This document shows, in pieces, positions 12,466 through 25,101 of a DNA stretch of 64,000 bases. The notes beneath the pieces were generated by a model. It saw only the letters and a program-made list of their open reading frames with translations. It was not told where the DNA came from and searched no databases. How positions within the stretch are numbered: position 1 is the first letter of the stretch; each line of letters opens with the position of its first letter. The stretch comes from Camelus ferus. Taxonomy: Eukaryota. The stretch covers positions 3,040,001 to 3,104,000 of the forward strand of contig NC_045697.1 of NCBI RefSeq assembly GCF_009834535.1. The letters are read 5' to 3'. The translations under genes were made by a program, and so were the position numbers.

Positions 12466-13435
12466 AGCCCCTCCCTGGCTGCTAGCACCGCTGCAGTGGG
12501 TGTGGACCATGAAACGGGCTGGGCAGAGTTCCAGGGGGTGGGGGGAAGGGGTCTGATTAGACAAGAGAGAAGCTGTGAACAGGTGGGCAGAGGGATGCCC
12601 TTCGTGGAGATGGGTTCCATTTAGACGGGGGCAGTGGGAGGCGTGGAAAGTTAGGCAAGTAAGTGGTCCCAGCAGTGAGGGCTGGACCAGGAGAGGCGTC
12701 CAGGAGCTGCCAGGCCACGCCTCCAGGTGGGGATGGGCACAGGCAAAGCTTGTAGGGTGGGAGCTGGAGGAAGACTGAGTCCACACAGAGATGGGGGCTT
12801 GACTCGGGGAGCAAAGGAGGTGGACGATCTGGGAAACGGTGCCCTCAGGGCTGCAGGAGTTGCGGTGGGGAGGGAAGAGAGGTGGGAATGGGTCCCAGCA
12901 GCAGCGGGCATTGGAGAAGCCGGTCACAGATGTGACAGCCGCCAAGTCAGACAACAAAGCCCCGGCTGGCGGAATGAGCTGCAACACGGCCACTGTAATA
13001 GAGGTGGACGTCGTTACGAGGTAAACGTTTCTGGGCAACGAATTTCTGGGTAGCGAAATTCTGGGTAAGAGAGGTGGCCATTGCTGGCGGAGCACACGGA
13101 ATCATTGAAAAAGCATCACTTGCTCCCATCCCTCCGAAAAACAGATGATTTTGGTGCCTGAGAGCTTGGTCATCGTGGAAGTGTCTCTGGCGGCACCGAG
13201 AGTGGTCCTGCTTTGTTTTCAGCCAGTGTCACCTGCTGTGTCTTCCAATTACAGCTTTCCCATTGTTTATTTTAGCCTACGTGTTTATTTTAAGAATTCT
13301 TTCAACCTGCAAATAAAAAGAAGCCTCTCGGGAGCCAGCCTCTCTGTCGGCGTGTGACTCGTAATAATTGCCTCTGAAAGGGTCTTCATGTCGACAGAGT
13401 CTGCTTCAGTCTCCGCCCGTCTCCTCCTTTTCCAG

Positions 13436-13513
13436 GAAACCAGAACTTCTTCAGAGAGCATCATTTCTGTACCTGCATCCAGCGCCTCCGGGTCCCCGAG
13501 CCGCGTGATCTAT
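13436..13513 (+). CDS. ABLIM2: ABLIM2 exon: ETRTSSESIISVPASSASGSPSRVIY
   Basis: cctttttccag acceptor, gtaagt donor, 78 nt, phase 0-0. Confidence 0.95.
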
Positions 13514-13940
13514 GTAAGTTGGGTTCCTTCTGTGGAGTGTGGGGAGGGGACGAGGGGCCTGGGGTGGTTGCTGAGCGTGTCCTTGGGGCTGGGCCTCCTC
13601 GCGGGGTGGGGCCAGCTCTCCCGTCCCTGCTGCTGGAAGACTGGTGCAGACTCTGAAGCTGACCTGGAGCCTTTGAGGAGCACATGTTGTGCCACCCAGC
13701 GGCTGCCCCGTTATGTGGCAACAGGTGCACAGAGAGGCGTGCCCCCAGCTGTGCTCACAGTGGCGTGAATGGCATGGTGTCTGCGTCCTGCAGCCTGGAC
13801 TGGGCTGAATGAGTAACGCCCGGGCACACGTCACGAATGACGGTGCAGATCTGTCCTGTTGCTGTGGCAAGTGTTCCTAACGTGGCCCTAGAAGAAGCAT
13901 GTTGAGGGTAACATGTCATGTGATCCCATGTCCGTTACTC

Positions 13941-14005
13941 TGTGTGTGCATGTGTGCATATGTACGTGTGTATGGCGAGTGTGTGTGTGTGTGTGTGTGC
14001 ATGCA
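13941..14005 (+). repeat. (TG)n-rich microsatellite
   Basis: tgtgtgtgcatgtgtgcatatgt...gtgtgtgtgtgtgtgtgtgtgc. Confidence 0.9.
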
Positions 14006-14689
14006 CTCGTACAAATATAAAAATGTTTGGGAACATTTTAACTAATTGTTCGTGGCAATTACCCCTGGACCGTGGGGTTATAAATGGAAGGTTGTTACAA
14101 TTATTTGCTAATTTGCTTGTCTAAGTAGCAAACTTTACTGTATGGGGAAGAGCCTGGGGCACAGGGTGAGGTCTGGGGGGAGGGGGCGAGCCCTGGACTG
14201 GGCGTCCTGGTCCAGCTCCACCGCTGAAGGACAGCCTCCGGACCAGTCAACTCCCCCATCCCCCACCCTGACCCCCTGGCCAGGACTTTGTTTTCCTCTA
14301 ACTCATTGGGTATCAGATTCATGCTCTCAATGCCGCTTTTCAGCCCAGAAACTCTTGTTCTGGTTGGACACAGGGCCACTCCCAACACTGATTCTGATGG
14401 AGAATGATAACAAACATTCTGGTCTGGAGAGTGAATTGCAGGATGGCCCTTTGCAAATGCAAACCCAGAGGCCCAGAGATGCAGCATGAAGTCATCAGAC
14501 CAGCTGTGTGCCCTTGGGCGAGGTGTTAGCCTCTCTGAGCCTCTGGGACCTCACCTGTACCTGGGGACCCACAGCATCTGCTGCCCAGGGCCACCAGGGT
14601 AGAGTGGGAGGCCCTGGGACACAGCTCTGGGCCCAGACGGAGGACTTAGGAAATACCTGCTGGGATTACTGTTACGACATCGATGCCCA

Positions 14690-15067
14690 TCTGCTGGGGG
14701 CAGCCGTAACAAGCATCGCCGACCAGGGGGCTTAAACCACAGAAATGCATCTTCTCACAGTCCTGGAGGCCGGGAGTCTGAGTCAGGGTGTCGGGAGGTT
14801 CAGCTTCTCCTGAGGCCTCTCTCCTGGGCGTGTAGACGGCCGTCTTCTCCCTGCGTCCTCACATGGGCGTCCCTCTGTGCGTGTCTGTGTCCTAATCTCC
14901 TCCTCTCAGAAGGACCCCAGGCATATGGGACCAGGGCCCACCGTAATGACCTCATTTTACCTTAATTACTTCTTTAAAAGCCTGTCTCCTAATATAGTTA
15001 CATTCTGAGGTGCTGGGGGCTAGGGCTTCAACATACAAGTTCAGGGGGACATGATTCAACCCATGAT
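14690..15067 (-). mobile_element. MLT1A/B-type MaLR solo LTR (second copy)
   Basis: ggcttaaaccacagaaatgcatcttctcacagtcctggaggcc...aatgacctcattttaccttaattac...cattctgaggtgctgggggctagggcttcaacata. Confidence 0.85.
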
Positions 15068-16039
15068 GCCATACTCATCGTGAGCAACAATAATAATGAA
15101 TGTTGTTGCATGAGTGAGACAGCGTCTGTGAAGCAGTCAGCACCGAGCCCGGTGTGACCGGGTCCACAGACAGTAGCAGCTTTGCTGAGGTAACTGCTCA
15201 GTAAACACGAGCTGTTATTGTTATAAGAAACTGGTGTTTGCAGGGGGCTTAGGTACCGCAGTGACCACATGGCTGTGCAGTGAGCGGGGACACCGGCCTC
15301 TGGGTTGCTGTTACTTTAAAGGTTGTATAGCAGTAAGCAGTGGAGCTGGGCTCTGAGCCCGGGTCTCTGTCACCCCCAAAGCATGCAGGGTGCTGAAAAC
15401 CAGCCCTGCTGGGCCCCTTCTTCCACCAGGTGGTTCTAGGCACAGCCAAGTCCACGCCCCTTGATCGGCTCACATGGCGTCCCCACCCTTGGGGAACACG
15501 AGCTTGCCAAGGAACCACCAGTGCAAAGAAGTTTCCCTGCCGGCTGCGTGTGCCTTCAAGCTGAGGCGGAGCCCAGCTGGTTGCACCATCCCAGAACAGG
15601 TAAACTTCTTGCTCAACGAATACATGTGCACTAGAGTCCAGTTTTAAACAGGAGGCTTCAGGCAAATTAATATCCAGTCTCCTGAACCTGAACCGCTAGT
15701 TCCCAGTTTGACACAACGGAGGTGCCTTGACTACTGGGTGCAAAGAGTGTGCCATGCTGCCTCCTCCTGTCTCTCAGCCTCCCACTTCTCAGCTGCAGCT
15801 CAGACAGGTGCCAAAGCTGCTCTGTGTCACAGCCTCCTCTAAGCCACGGAGCCACCAGAAGAGGACAGGCATCCGGTTCCAACACAGGGACTCCAGCACC
15901 ATGGCCAGCGCCCAGCCTGGCCACATCCCACCTTCCCGGGGGCCAGGCAGGCTACAGGCCAGAGCTCTGTGGCTGTCCCTCCCAAATCATGGTGTCAGCA
16001 CCAGCGGGCAGTGCACATCCATGGGAATTTTTTCTTTCG

Positions 16040-16160
16040 CTTTGTTTTGTCTCAGGGTGGGGAAGGTAATTAGTTGTTTTGTTTCGTTTTAATGATTGTG
16101 CTGGGGATTGAGCTCAGCCAGGCATGCGCTCTACCACTGAGCTGTCTATGCCTTCCCTGC
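16040..16160 (-). mobile_element. Degenerate camelid-type tRNA-derived SINE
   Basis: ggtaattag...gctggggattga...ggcatgcgctctaccactgagct, same layout as the 6440-6590 copy. Confidence 0.65.
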
Positions 16161-18497
16161 CAGAACTCCTTTACTGAAGAGGTAAGAGTCCAATCAAGCG
16201 CACCCTGGCCTCAGGCCCTGCCCCTGCTCTTCCTTCCATCTCCCTGCTGGCATCTGCCATCACCCGAGTGTGCCCTGACTCTGCTCAGTGCTGGGCACAC
16301 TCAGGACCTCAGGACGATGTCCCCAGTCCAGGCACCAGCTCAGCATGCTTTGAAGGGTGCCAGCCCCCTGGCACCCATCTGCTGTGGGGTGGTTGTCAGC
16401 GAATGCAGCTTCCTCTCCCTCCCCGCACCCGGTCAGGAAGAGATCAGCTCCCCAGGGATACCCCTGGGTGCAGGAATTCACCGTGTGGTGTGGCTGCTGT
16501 CTCCTGGTGGCCAGACGCTGTGCCTCATTCACCTTAGCACCCAGGATAAAACATGAACACAGTCGGTTCTTAATAAACTGTGGGGGTTTTTTAAAGTAAT
16601 CTTTTCATTACCTTTTTTCCTTATTACAAAAGTAATCCACATTTATTAGGAAAAAATAGTGATTGATGCAAAGGCAAAAATGAATCCCATTTCTAATCCT
16701 CCAGCCAGAGGAGCCACTGCTCATGTTTTGGAGTATGCCCGTTAGGTCTCTTTTTCTCTGGACATGTGTTTTTTGTTTTTTTCTTTTAACGAAATGGGGT
16801 CACACTGAGTGTATCGTTTGTAACCTTTCTTCACCGTGGCACTAAAGCAGTGAGTTGGCATTGCTGAAAGCAGCATTGTCAGATTACGGTACATTGTTAT
16901 TGACCGGGTTATGCTGCAGTTGCAGCATCACACATGGCCGTTTCCCTGTTCCTACTTGCTGTGCTGGAGAGAGTGCAGGAGAGAAGAAAGCTAAGGGAAA
17001 ACACTTGTACACACACCCCTCTGGTGGCCTTCTGCCAATTAGAGAGCGTAGCCCGTTGTCACAGCAACCGCCCAGGACTTAGATACCAGGGACCGGATCT
17101 GTGAGCCCTGCGGGCAGGACAGACACTGGGGAGGCCTGAGCACTGCACGTAGCCGCCCAGCTAGGGGTCAGCAGGCCTCTTTCTGAGCCGGGACGTGTTG
17201 GTGACAGTTGGCATCGTCAAGCTGCCTCCCTGATCTCTGCTGTCGGGGTGAACCCAGGGCAAGGCAAGCTCTGCTGACCGTGCACCTAGGGCTGAGAGAG
17301 CCAGCGGGCGGCTGAACGCTGTGACTACAGAGGGACAGAGGTGGGCAGGGTGGGCACCTGTAAATGCCGGCCCCCTCTCCCAGCCCCCACGGCAGCATTG
17401 CCCTGTGTGTACAGCTGTACTGATGTTCACGAAATCCAGCAGGTGGACAAGGCGCAGGCGGTATTCCCAATTTTCGGGGGGAGACAAAAAAGACCCAGCG
17501 AATCTACCCAGCCTTGGCTAATGCGTGACTGATTTTAATTCGATTTGGCGTGCTTGCCCCAGAACCTTGGCCATGCCGAGCCTGGAGTTAGGGAGACGGA
17601 CTCCATGGGGAATCAGAGCCCTGGTACCCTGGGGGCCACCAGTCCTGGGCCTGGTGGGCTAGGGCGGGGGGAACCGAGACAGATGCGCCAACGAAGATCA
17701 GCACCTTTGCTTAAAGGAGAAAAACACCAACCCAGATGGCAGAGGGAGAGCAAGCTGGTCCCCTGGAGGGGGAGGCCTCAGCTAAGTCTACAAGGACCAG
17801 AGAGAGGACGAGTCAGGCAAAGAGGCCTGGAAAGGGCATGCTGGAGGGAGGGAACAGCATGTGCCAAGCCTTCAGGCTCTGGCTGACTGGGCAACTGTCA
17901 GGAGTTCAGTGTGACAAGTGGCTTTGGGTGGGGGATGAAGAGGCTGGGATAAGCGGATACACAAGGGCCAGACCCACTGGGGCCTGAGTTCAGATTCCTC
18001 TTGAAGGCAGAGAGGAGCAGCTCAAAAATATTGCTCAGGGGGTATCGTAATCACAAATGACAGACTCAGGATGTAAACTCCAGTCTTCGAAACACTACCC
18101 AGGGCTCTGAAGGGGATTGCCAGAGCTCTAAGACATCAGGGATTCACTCTCTCAGCCTACATAGTAAAAAGCAGGGTTCATCTTGAGTACCCAGTGACTT
18201 ATGAGAGCCTTGGAGTTGGGTGATCAGGGAAGGCTTCCTGGAGGAGGTGGACTGGGGCTTCTGGACCTCAGGGTGGACAAGAAAGCTGGAGCGTGGGGGC
18301 TGAGCCTGGCACACCACGGGCACAAGGAGACACCTTAGGATGATCAGGCTGGAAACATCAGGGCCACGTTCAGGGATTGCAGTGAGGGCTATGCCATCCA
18401 TCCCAGGAAGGGGCTGCCGCAGGTTGTGAGCTGGACGACAGTGGATGCAGCTGGAGCTTGAGAGACCTGGCCTTGGCAGAGGGGAGAGTCGCGGTGG

Positions 18498-18640
18498 GAG
18501 CACAGCTCTGGAGTCAAATAGCCTGTGTCTCTTCCCTGGCTGTGTGACTCTGGGCAAGTTACCTAACCCCTCTGGTCTCTGGTTTTGTCCTCTGTGAAGT
18601 GGAGGTCCTGTGAGTGCCCCCTTCATGGGCTCAGCCCAGT
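18498..18640 (+). mobile_element. MIR SINE
   Basis: ctctggagtcaaa...gctgtgtgactctgggcaagttacctaacccctctg. Confidence 0.75.
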
Positions 18641-19499
18641 GCTGTCCAGAGTGGAGTGCATAGTGTCATACTGCTGCTGCTGGTGGTAATATTTGTTAGA
18701 AAAACTCTGGCAGGACAGCTCCCAGGAGGCTGTGGCTGGATCTCGATGCAGGCAGTGAGGGCCTAGATGGAGCCGCCTGGGGCTGGGAAGGGACAGCCAG
18801 TCCCATGGCAGAGAGGAGGGCAGGGTCTGTGCCGGCCTGGCCAGGGGCACTGAGGGAGGCCGGGGTTGAGATGAAGGTTCTCGCTGGGTTTTAGAGGTTG
18901 AGCCGAGCTGGTTGGGGCAGCCAGACTGGCCAGCTTTGCCTGTGGCTGGCCATGCCAGGCTGAGATTAATCCTCAGAGGGGACATGGTGGGGCCAGAGGC
19001 AACCACGTGTGTCAGCTCCAGGAGGCACGGGAGCCCAGGCACCCGCCCTGCTGGGACCTGTGCCGTGCCCGGAGTGCGCTGGCGATGCGTGTCCTGTCTT
19101 CCGCTGGGATCACAGACTGTACACACCCGTCAGCACTGGGGCGAGCAGCAGAGACACTGGGACTGACACCGATATTTGGGGGTGAACCTCAGCCCTGCTG
19201 TGAGGGCCAAGGGCCACGGGGTGCTTCTGCCAAGGCTGCTGCCTAGCTCCAGGACCTGTCTGAGCCCAGCATGCGCCCCACCCACCCACGTCCGCCCCCA
19301 GAGCTGGGAGGAGGGGCCGATGGCAACAGAGCCTGTGGGCGGCAGATAATGCAGGGAAGGCCAGCCCAGCCACAGGGGAGCCAGCGGCCAGGTGGACCTC
19401 ACCTGAGCACATGGGGTGGCCCCACAAGTGAGCATCTCTGCAGTGACCCCACTGAGGTGACACCCCAGCTGTCTGTCAAACATCAGTGCTCCAAAGGCC

Positions 19500-20108
19500 T
19501 GAGTGTGTGTGCACACACGCGCGTGTGTGTGACTGTGGTCATGGATGCGTGTGCGTGTGCACATGGGGGTGGTAGTGCAGGTGAGGCTCTGTGCGCTAGC
19601 ACGTGTGCTAGTGTGCAGTGTGTGTGGGAGGGTGAACGGGTGTTTCTGCAGGTGTGGGTCTGTGGGAGCGTAAGGGCAGGCACAGGCTGTGTGGGTGTGC
19701 GTGCTGGTGGGGCTGGTGGGCGAAGGTGTGAGTGTGTGTCTGCTCCCACAGTTGTAGGCAGGCACGTTCTCTCTGTGTGTGCATATATACATGGAGGTAT
19801 GCATGCATGTATTTGTGTGTGCAAGCCTGCATGTACATGTGCTGGGTGTTTGCGTGTGCGTGCGCACACATGCATACATCATGTGTGTATTTAAAGGCAT
19901 GTGTGTTTGTGTGTCTTTATGTGTGCACCCATGTATGCCTGCACACACATATTTGTGTACATGCATGTCTGTGTGTTTGTATGCACCCAAGTGTGTATTT
20001 GTGTGCATGCATATATGTGCATTTATGTGTGTCTCCTGTGCCTGCACACGGGTATCTGTGTGTGCACATGTCTGCATGTGTGCACGCATGCACAGATGAG
20101 TGTGTGTT
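19500..20108 (+). repeat. Degenerate (TG/CA) alternating purine-pyrimidine low-complexity array, about 600 bp
   Basis: Continuous gtgtgt/gcatgc/acacac units; source of the spurious H/T/C/V-rich ORFs. Confidence 0.9.
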
Positions 20109-20319
20109 TAGACTACAGGCCTAGTTCTCACTGTCTGTGGGGACGCAGACCCATATGAACACGAGGCTTCCCCGCCCCTAGGCCTTTGTCCCTTTGCCCC
20201 ATTTTGCTCAGACCCGGCTCCTGGGCACTGACCCCGCCGTCCTCCCTGTGGCTGCCGGAGCGCCTGCTGCCTCAGGTGTGGGTCTACCCAGCCCCTCCGC
20301 TCTTCCTCTCCTCTCGCAG

Positions 20320-20466
20320 GCGAAGCTGGGCGATGAGATTCTTGACTACCGAGACCTGGCCGCCCTCCCTAAGAACAAGGCTATCTACAACATTGACCGG
20401 CCCGACATGATCTCCTACTCACCCTACATCAGCCACTCGGTGGGAGACAGGCAGAGCTACAGCGAG
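20320..20466 (+). CDS. ABLIM2: ABLIM2 exon, dematin-homology region: AKLGDEILDYRDLAALPKNKAIYNIDRPDMISYSPYISHSVGDRQSYSE
   Basis: ctctcgcag acceptor, gtacgc donor, 147 nt, phase 0-0; DY+DLAA.PK.KAIY.I.RPD motif shared by ABLIMs and dematin. Confidence 0.96.
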
Positions 20467-21824
20467 GTACGCCCTGCTGCAGGGGCCGATCGCTGTCCCT
20501 GGTGTCATGGTCACCACCCATCCCTCAGGCCCGCTCTCACTCTGCGTTGACGCTGGGCTTTTGTGCAGATCCACTTCCCATGGCCCAGCACGTGGGGAAT
20601 GACTGCCCAGGAGGCAGATGAGAGGACAAGGCCGAGTGAGGACGCACTGGGCCAGGGCCGTGTGGCTCATGGGGCGGAGCTGGGGCTTGGGCCCCTGGTG
20701 GCTGACTTTGGTCATTGCTGCCTCCATGCTGGCTCCTGCCACTGTCCAGAGTGAGGTTTTGGGGTCCTGTCCATCCCCCATCTCCTGGGACCCCGAGGAC
20801 TCTCCCTTCTCAGGCCTCGGCTGGGATCCTGCTCAGAGGTGGTTACTGTGGGCGCCCGTCTGTGGGTAAATGATGGATGGGGCCTGGGAAGCCACAGGAC
20901 ATGGGTCAGGGTGCTGAGCTGAGCGGACGCTGGCCTCAGGGATGAACACTTCACCTGATTCTCTAGAACTGCGGCCTTCCAGCCATCCATCCCCAGGGCG
21001 GGAATCTAGCAGTAAGAAGAGCAGTAGGCTGGCAGCACAGAGGTCTGCCAGCCCCTCTGAGCCTCGGTGTCCCCATCTGGGAAATGAGAAGAGTGGAAAA
21101 CACTTTCCCCTTTCCATTCTAAGGGGAGGGAAATGGTACGAGAAAACTGCCTGGTCCCCTGGGGCTCCTCCTCAGAAACTCTCCGCAGCATCTCCCTCCC
21201 TGCCTCCCGGGTGTGAGGCGGCAGGTGAGCTTTGCTGCCGGAAGCTCAGTGTCCAGAAGCCCTTCTGCTATGCACTGCCTCCCTGAGTCTGGGCGACACG
21301 TCTGTCTGTGGCGGATGGTGTGCGCCTGCTGGAACAGGAGGTGCCTGGCTGGGGAGGCCGCTCACCACTCTCCATGGTCCCCATGCTGCCGCAGGCAGAC
21401 TGGACCTCATCCCAAACCCTGAGGCGCCTCTCTTTCTCTGTGCCCCTTTTCTCTCCTTTCTGAAGAAAATCGAGTGTGATGGGCTCACAGCATGTTGCCA
21501 CTCGATGTCCTGAACCCACTGTCTTCTTTTTGGAAAGGTGTCTTCGTGGGAGAGCGGTGGGGGCAGGGATGGGGCAGGACGGAGACAAGGTCCAGGCTCT
21601 TCAGCACAAAACGCTGTCCTGGGAACCTCTTTCTTGTGATGCCATTGACCATGTTTCTCCAAAAAGAAGGTTTTGGAGCTTGTGTCGGGTCTCATGGGGG
21701 CAGGGGTTCCTTTCCGTTTGGAGGAGGGTCCCATGGTGTGGAGGGGCCTGGGCCTGGGTGGTCTTGTCCTCAAGTGACCCCCTGGGGCCCAGCACTAACA
21801 AGCTGCTCTGTGTTGTGTCCACAG

Positions 21825-21857
21825 CCCCCTCAGTTGCTCTCGCCAACGCCGACAGAG
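21825..21857 (+). CDS. ABLIM2: ABLIM2 33-nt cassette exon: PPQLLSPTPTE
   Basis: ACTAAC at 21794-21799, gtccacag acceptor, gtaacc donor, phase 0-0; resembles the recalled ABLIM2 alternative peptide SPQLLSPTPTE. Confidence 0.8.
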
Positions 21858-23466
21858 GTAACCGCCCAACCCCAGCCGGCCCCGTTTGCTCACGCTGCTG
21901 CCGCCCGGGTCATAAAGATAGCCACCAAGGTTCCCGGGGAGGGCCTCCGGCCGTGGCACCAGGCCACGGCCCTCCGCAGCTGGGGAGCCTCTTGGGCGCT
22001 GGTTATTTTTATAACCATGTCCCCTCTGCATGCTTCGCTGGTGCGTCCGCTGGCCCTGCAGTGTGGGCACCTGGTACACAGGTGTCCTGAGGTCTGAGTC
22101 ATGGCTTCCTTTAGAGAAAAAGTCCAGGGGCTGGCTTAGTCTGGGCCACCTCATGCGCCCCCGAGTGGGACTTACAATGTATCCTTGGGTCCTCACAGAT
22201 AAACGTGCTAAAAGCGTTTCTCTATCAAATAGCATTTATAATTAGCAGCCCGCTTTTTTTTTTTTCCTGTTTCTCAAAATTGATCCATGATATGGATAGC
22301 CACCAGTCCGACTCCAGTCTGCATGGGCGTCAGACCTGGGGTCCGGGAATGAGACAACCAGACCTCGTGTGTGGGCAGCTAGCACCCAGCTTCCACACCC
22401 ACGTGGGGCCACGAGCCCCACAGACGAGGCAAGGAGACAGAACAGCTATAGGATGTCAGCTGGCCAGCGGGCTATGCAGAGGAAGCCCAGGGATGGAGCC
22501 TGGACAGCAGGGCTGGAGCCGCCCCAGGGGAGAGAGTGCCCATCGCCATGGGTGGGCCAGCCCAGAGGGGCTCAGGGGAAGCCCTCGTGGGGCCTGGCAG
22601 GTGTGAGGGCTAGCCTGAGCAGAGCGTGGAGGTGGTTGCACAGGCTAATTTTAGGGACAGTGGCTTAGTGGGTTCGGCTGAAGAGCAAGCCCTGGGAAGT
22701 GGAAGGTGAGTGCAGGAAAGCGTGGGAGCCGTGAGCGCCAGACCCAGACTCTCAACATTGCTTATCCCCACACTGGCCTGAAGGGCAAAGCCCCAGCATC
22801 CACCCCATGCAGGACGCTGGGCCATGTCATGCCTCAGACCAATGTGCCAAACTGTGGCAGGCCAGCAGCCTGTCTGCCCCCGCGTCATGGTTCCACATCA
22901 TCTCATGCCACCTGCCACCAGCTCTGACCACCCCAAACAGTCGCTTATCCTGCTTGAATGGAGTCTACGTTGTCAGTGCTTGTGGGTCTGACTCAACTGG
23001 GCCCCTGGGCCTGAGATGGGCTTCCTCCTACCTGCCACACCTGGGGAGAACCTGTCAAGGCTGGGAGAATACAGAATCCCAGTGGTTCTCAAACTGTGTT
23101 CAAAGGAGCCTTGGGTGCTGGGAAGGACTGGGCAAGAGGGAAACTGAAGGATGTAGGTGGAGCCAGGTGCCTCCACCACCTCTGTGGGAGCTGGAGACAG
23201 AAGGAGGGGCTGATGGAGGGGTGGGCGGTCCCACCCAGCACTGCCCTCCGGTACCGGCAGGCGCAGGGACTGTGCTCAGCACCAAGGCCAGCTCCCCACC
23301 TGGCTCCTCAGATGTGCCCTGGCAGCTGCAGGGGACTTCGTCTTGGGGCCAAGTTGAGTCAGCCTCTTGGGTCAAGAGAGCAAAAGCCAAGTGGAGGCTG
23401 GACGCGCGGGAGAGGGGTGGGCGGTGTTCTCGGCTCCTGTGTTCACCAGGCTGTCTTCCCCTCCAG

Positions 23467-23587
23467 GGGGACCAGGATGACCGCTCCTACAAGCAGTGCC
23501 GGACCTCCAGCCCAAGCTCCACCGGGTCGGTCAGCCTCGGGCGCTACACCCCGACCTCACGGTCACCCCAGCACTACAGCCGTCCAG
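23467..23587 (+). CDS. ABLIM2: ABLIM2 exon: GDQDDRSYKQCRTSSPSSTGSVSLGRYTPTSRSPQHYSRP
   Basis: cttcccctccag acceptor, gtactt donor, 121 nt, phase 0-1. Confidence 0.95.
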
Positions 23588-24420
23588 GTACTTGCCCCCC
23601 ACGCTTCTTTTACCCCGTGTGAAGCTGTGATCCTTGCTGCTTTTCCTCTTATGCATCTGTCTCTTCCTCTAGGCAGCTGGAAATACGATGGACAGGGGGT
23701 GGGGGTTGCCAGTGGGTGATGGAGAGCCGTCCTTTTAGTCACATAAAGAAAAGGCCCTCTCATGTCCGGCGGGGGAGGCTGGCTGCAGAGGCAGCTGGTT
23801 ACCCTGTTGGTTGGAGGAGCCGTCCTGTGAAACACGCAGGCGGCACTGAGTACAGCAGAATCCAGCTCATGTGCAGTAGCGGGCGTCAGGAAGATAGAGC
23901 AGCACAAAGGTGGGAGACCAGAAGTCACTTAGTTCCGAGCTTGTGTGATTTGGGGAAGGTTTGTGCTGTGAAGGCCAAATCAAAGGACAAAGCTAGCGTC
24001 AGCATGTGCACTGACACTTCACCTAGCCCCAGAGACAACTGTCCCATGGGAACATGTGTAAGAGGCCACTGCCAGGCCCCTCCCAGCGGGGAGAAGCCCG
24101 AGGAGGGTCCTCTCTGCCCCGTCCCACCTCACTCCCTGCCTGGCGTCCAGCTCTATTGCTCTCCTTGCCTTTAAACACTGCATTGCCCTCAGTGTGTCGG
24201 GGCCACAGGGTCTCCATGCAGGTGCTGCGTTTTGAGGGATTTTTCCGAGGGGCTTCCTCCTTGGCCAGCTGATGCATGGTTCCATCCTCACCTCCATGGA
24301 CTCAGCTCTGATTTTTGCAGCCTTTGTGGAAAAATCAAAACTCATTCATTTGCAAAGTTACTTTCATTGATATTGTGCAGTGTGCCTGGTACATCCTGCT
24401 CTGTAGATGTTTGCAAAGTG

Positions 24421-24490
24421 GGTGAGTGAGTGAAGGAGTGAACCAGTGAGTGAGGGAGTGAACGAGTGAGTGAGGGAGTGAGTGAGTGAC
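24421..24490 (+). repeat. (GAGT)n-like simple repeat, probably an expanded L2 tail
   Basis: gtgagtgagtgaaggagtgaaccagtgagtgagggagtg..., preceded by an L2-like 3' end (cagtgtgcctggtaca...agatgtttg). Confidence 0.75.
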
Positions 24491-25002
24491 TAGGAGAGCT
24501 GGCGAGTCAGGGGGAAGGGCTGTCGGCCTCTCCAAGGGCCCTTCTGCGGACCCCTGACCGCCGTATGTGTTCACCTGGGCTTGTCGGCTGTGCCTGTCCA
24601 GGTGGTCACCCCAGAGCCAAGACCTGAATCTCTGCTGGGCGGGGCCGGGGTGACTGTTGGGTGACAGATCACCCCTGGTCTTGCCAGCTGCCCTCCACCT
24701 GGGTCCTGGCTACCAAGGAGGTCCCAGGTGGGGCAATGGGCAGGGCTCGGGGGCCAGCAGCTCCCACCCAGTGGGCCTGGGGGCAGCCACCCTGACCACA
24801 GAGGGTAGGACTTCCTCCCTCCAAACCCGGAGCACACTGGCCCAGAGGACCCTTGGTGACCCCTTCAGGTGCTTCAGAATGGTGTGTGTTCTTCGAGAGA
24901 GGAAGCAAAAATGTTCCTGGAGGAGCCGGGCCTGGGAATGTTTTGTGGCTTTGCGGCCAGTGAGCGTGTGGCCGACTCTGACTTGCTCTCTGTTGCCCGC
25001 AG

Positions 25003-25101
25003 CTGGTACTGTGAGTGTTGGTACCAGTAGCTGCCTGTCCCTGTCCCAACACCCAAGCCCTACATCCGTGTTCAGACATCATTACATCCCCTACTTCCGA
25101 G
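25003..25101 (+). CDS. ABLIM2: ABLIM2 99-nt cassette exon: (A)GTVSVGTSSCLSLSQHPSPTSVFRHHYIPYFR
   Basis: ttgcccgcag acceptor, gtaagg donor, phase 1-1; FRHH.IP motif of the ABLIM alternative exon. Confidence 0.9.

Noticed and set aside
19130..20158. His/Thr- and Cys/Val-rich ORFs that look like metal-binding proteins
   Set aside because: Direct translation of the TG/CA low-complexity array.
24341..24430. Second possible L2-related hairpin (ctcattcatttgcaaa ... tttgcaaagtgggtgag)
   Set aside because: Only about 16 bp of imperfect stem with a roughly 50-nt loop; not pre-miRNA geometry.
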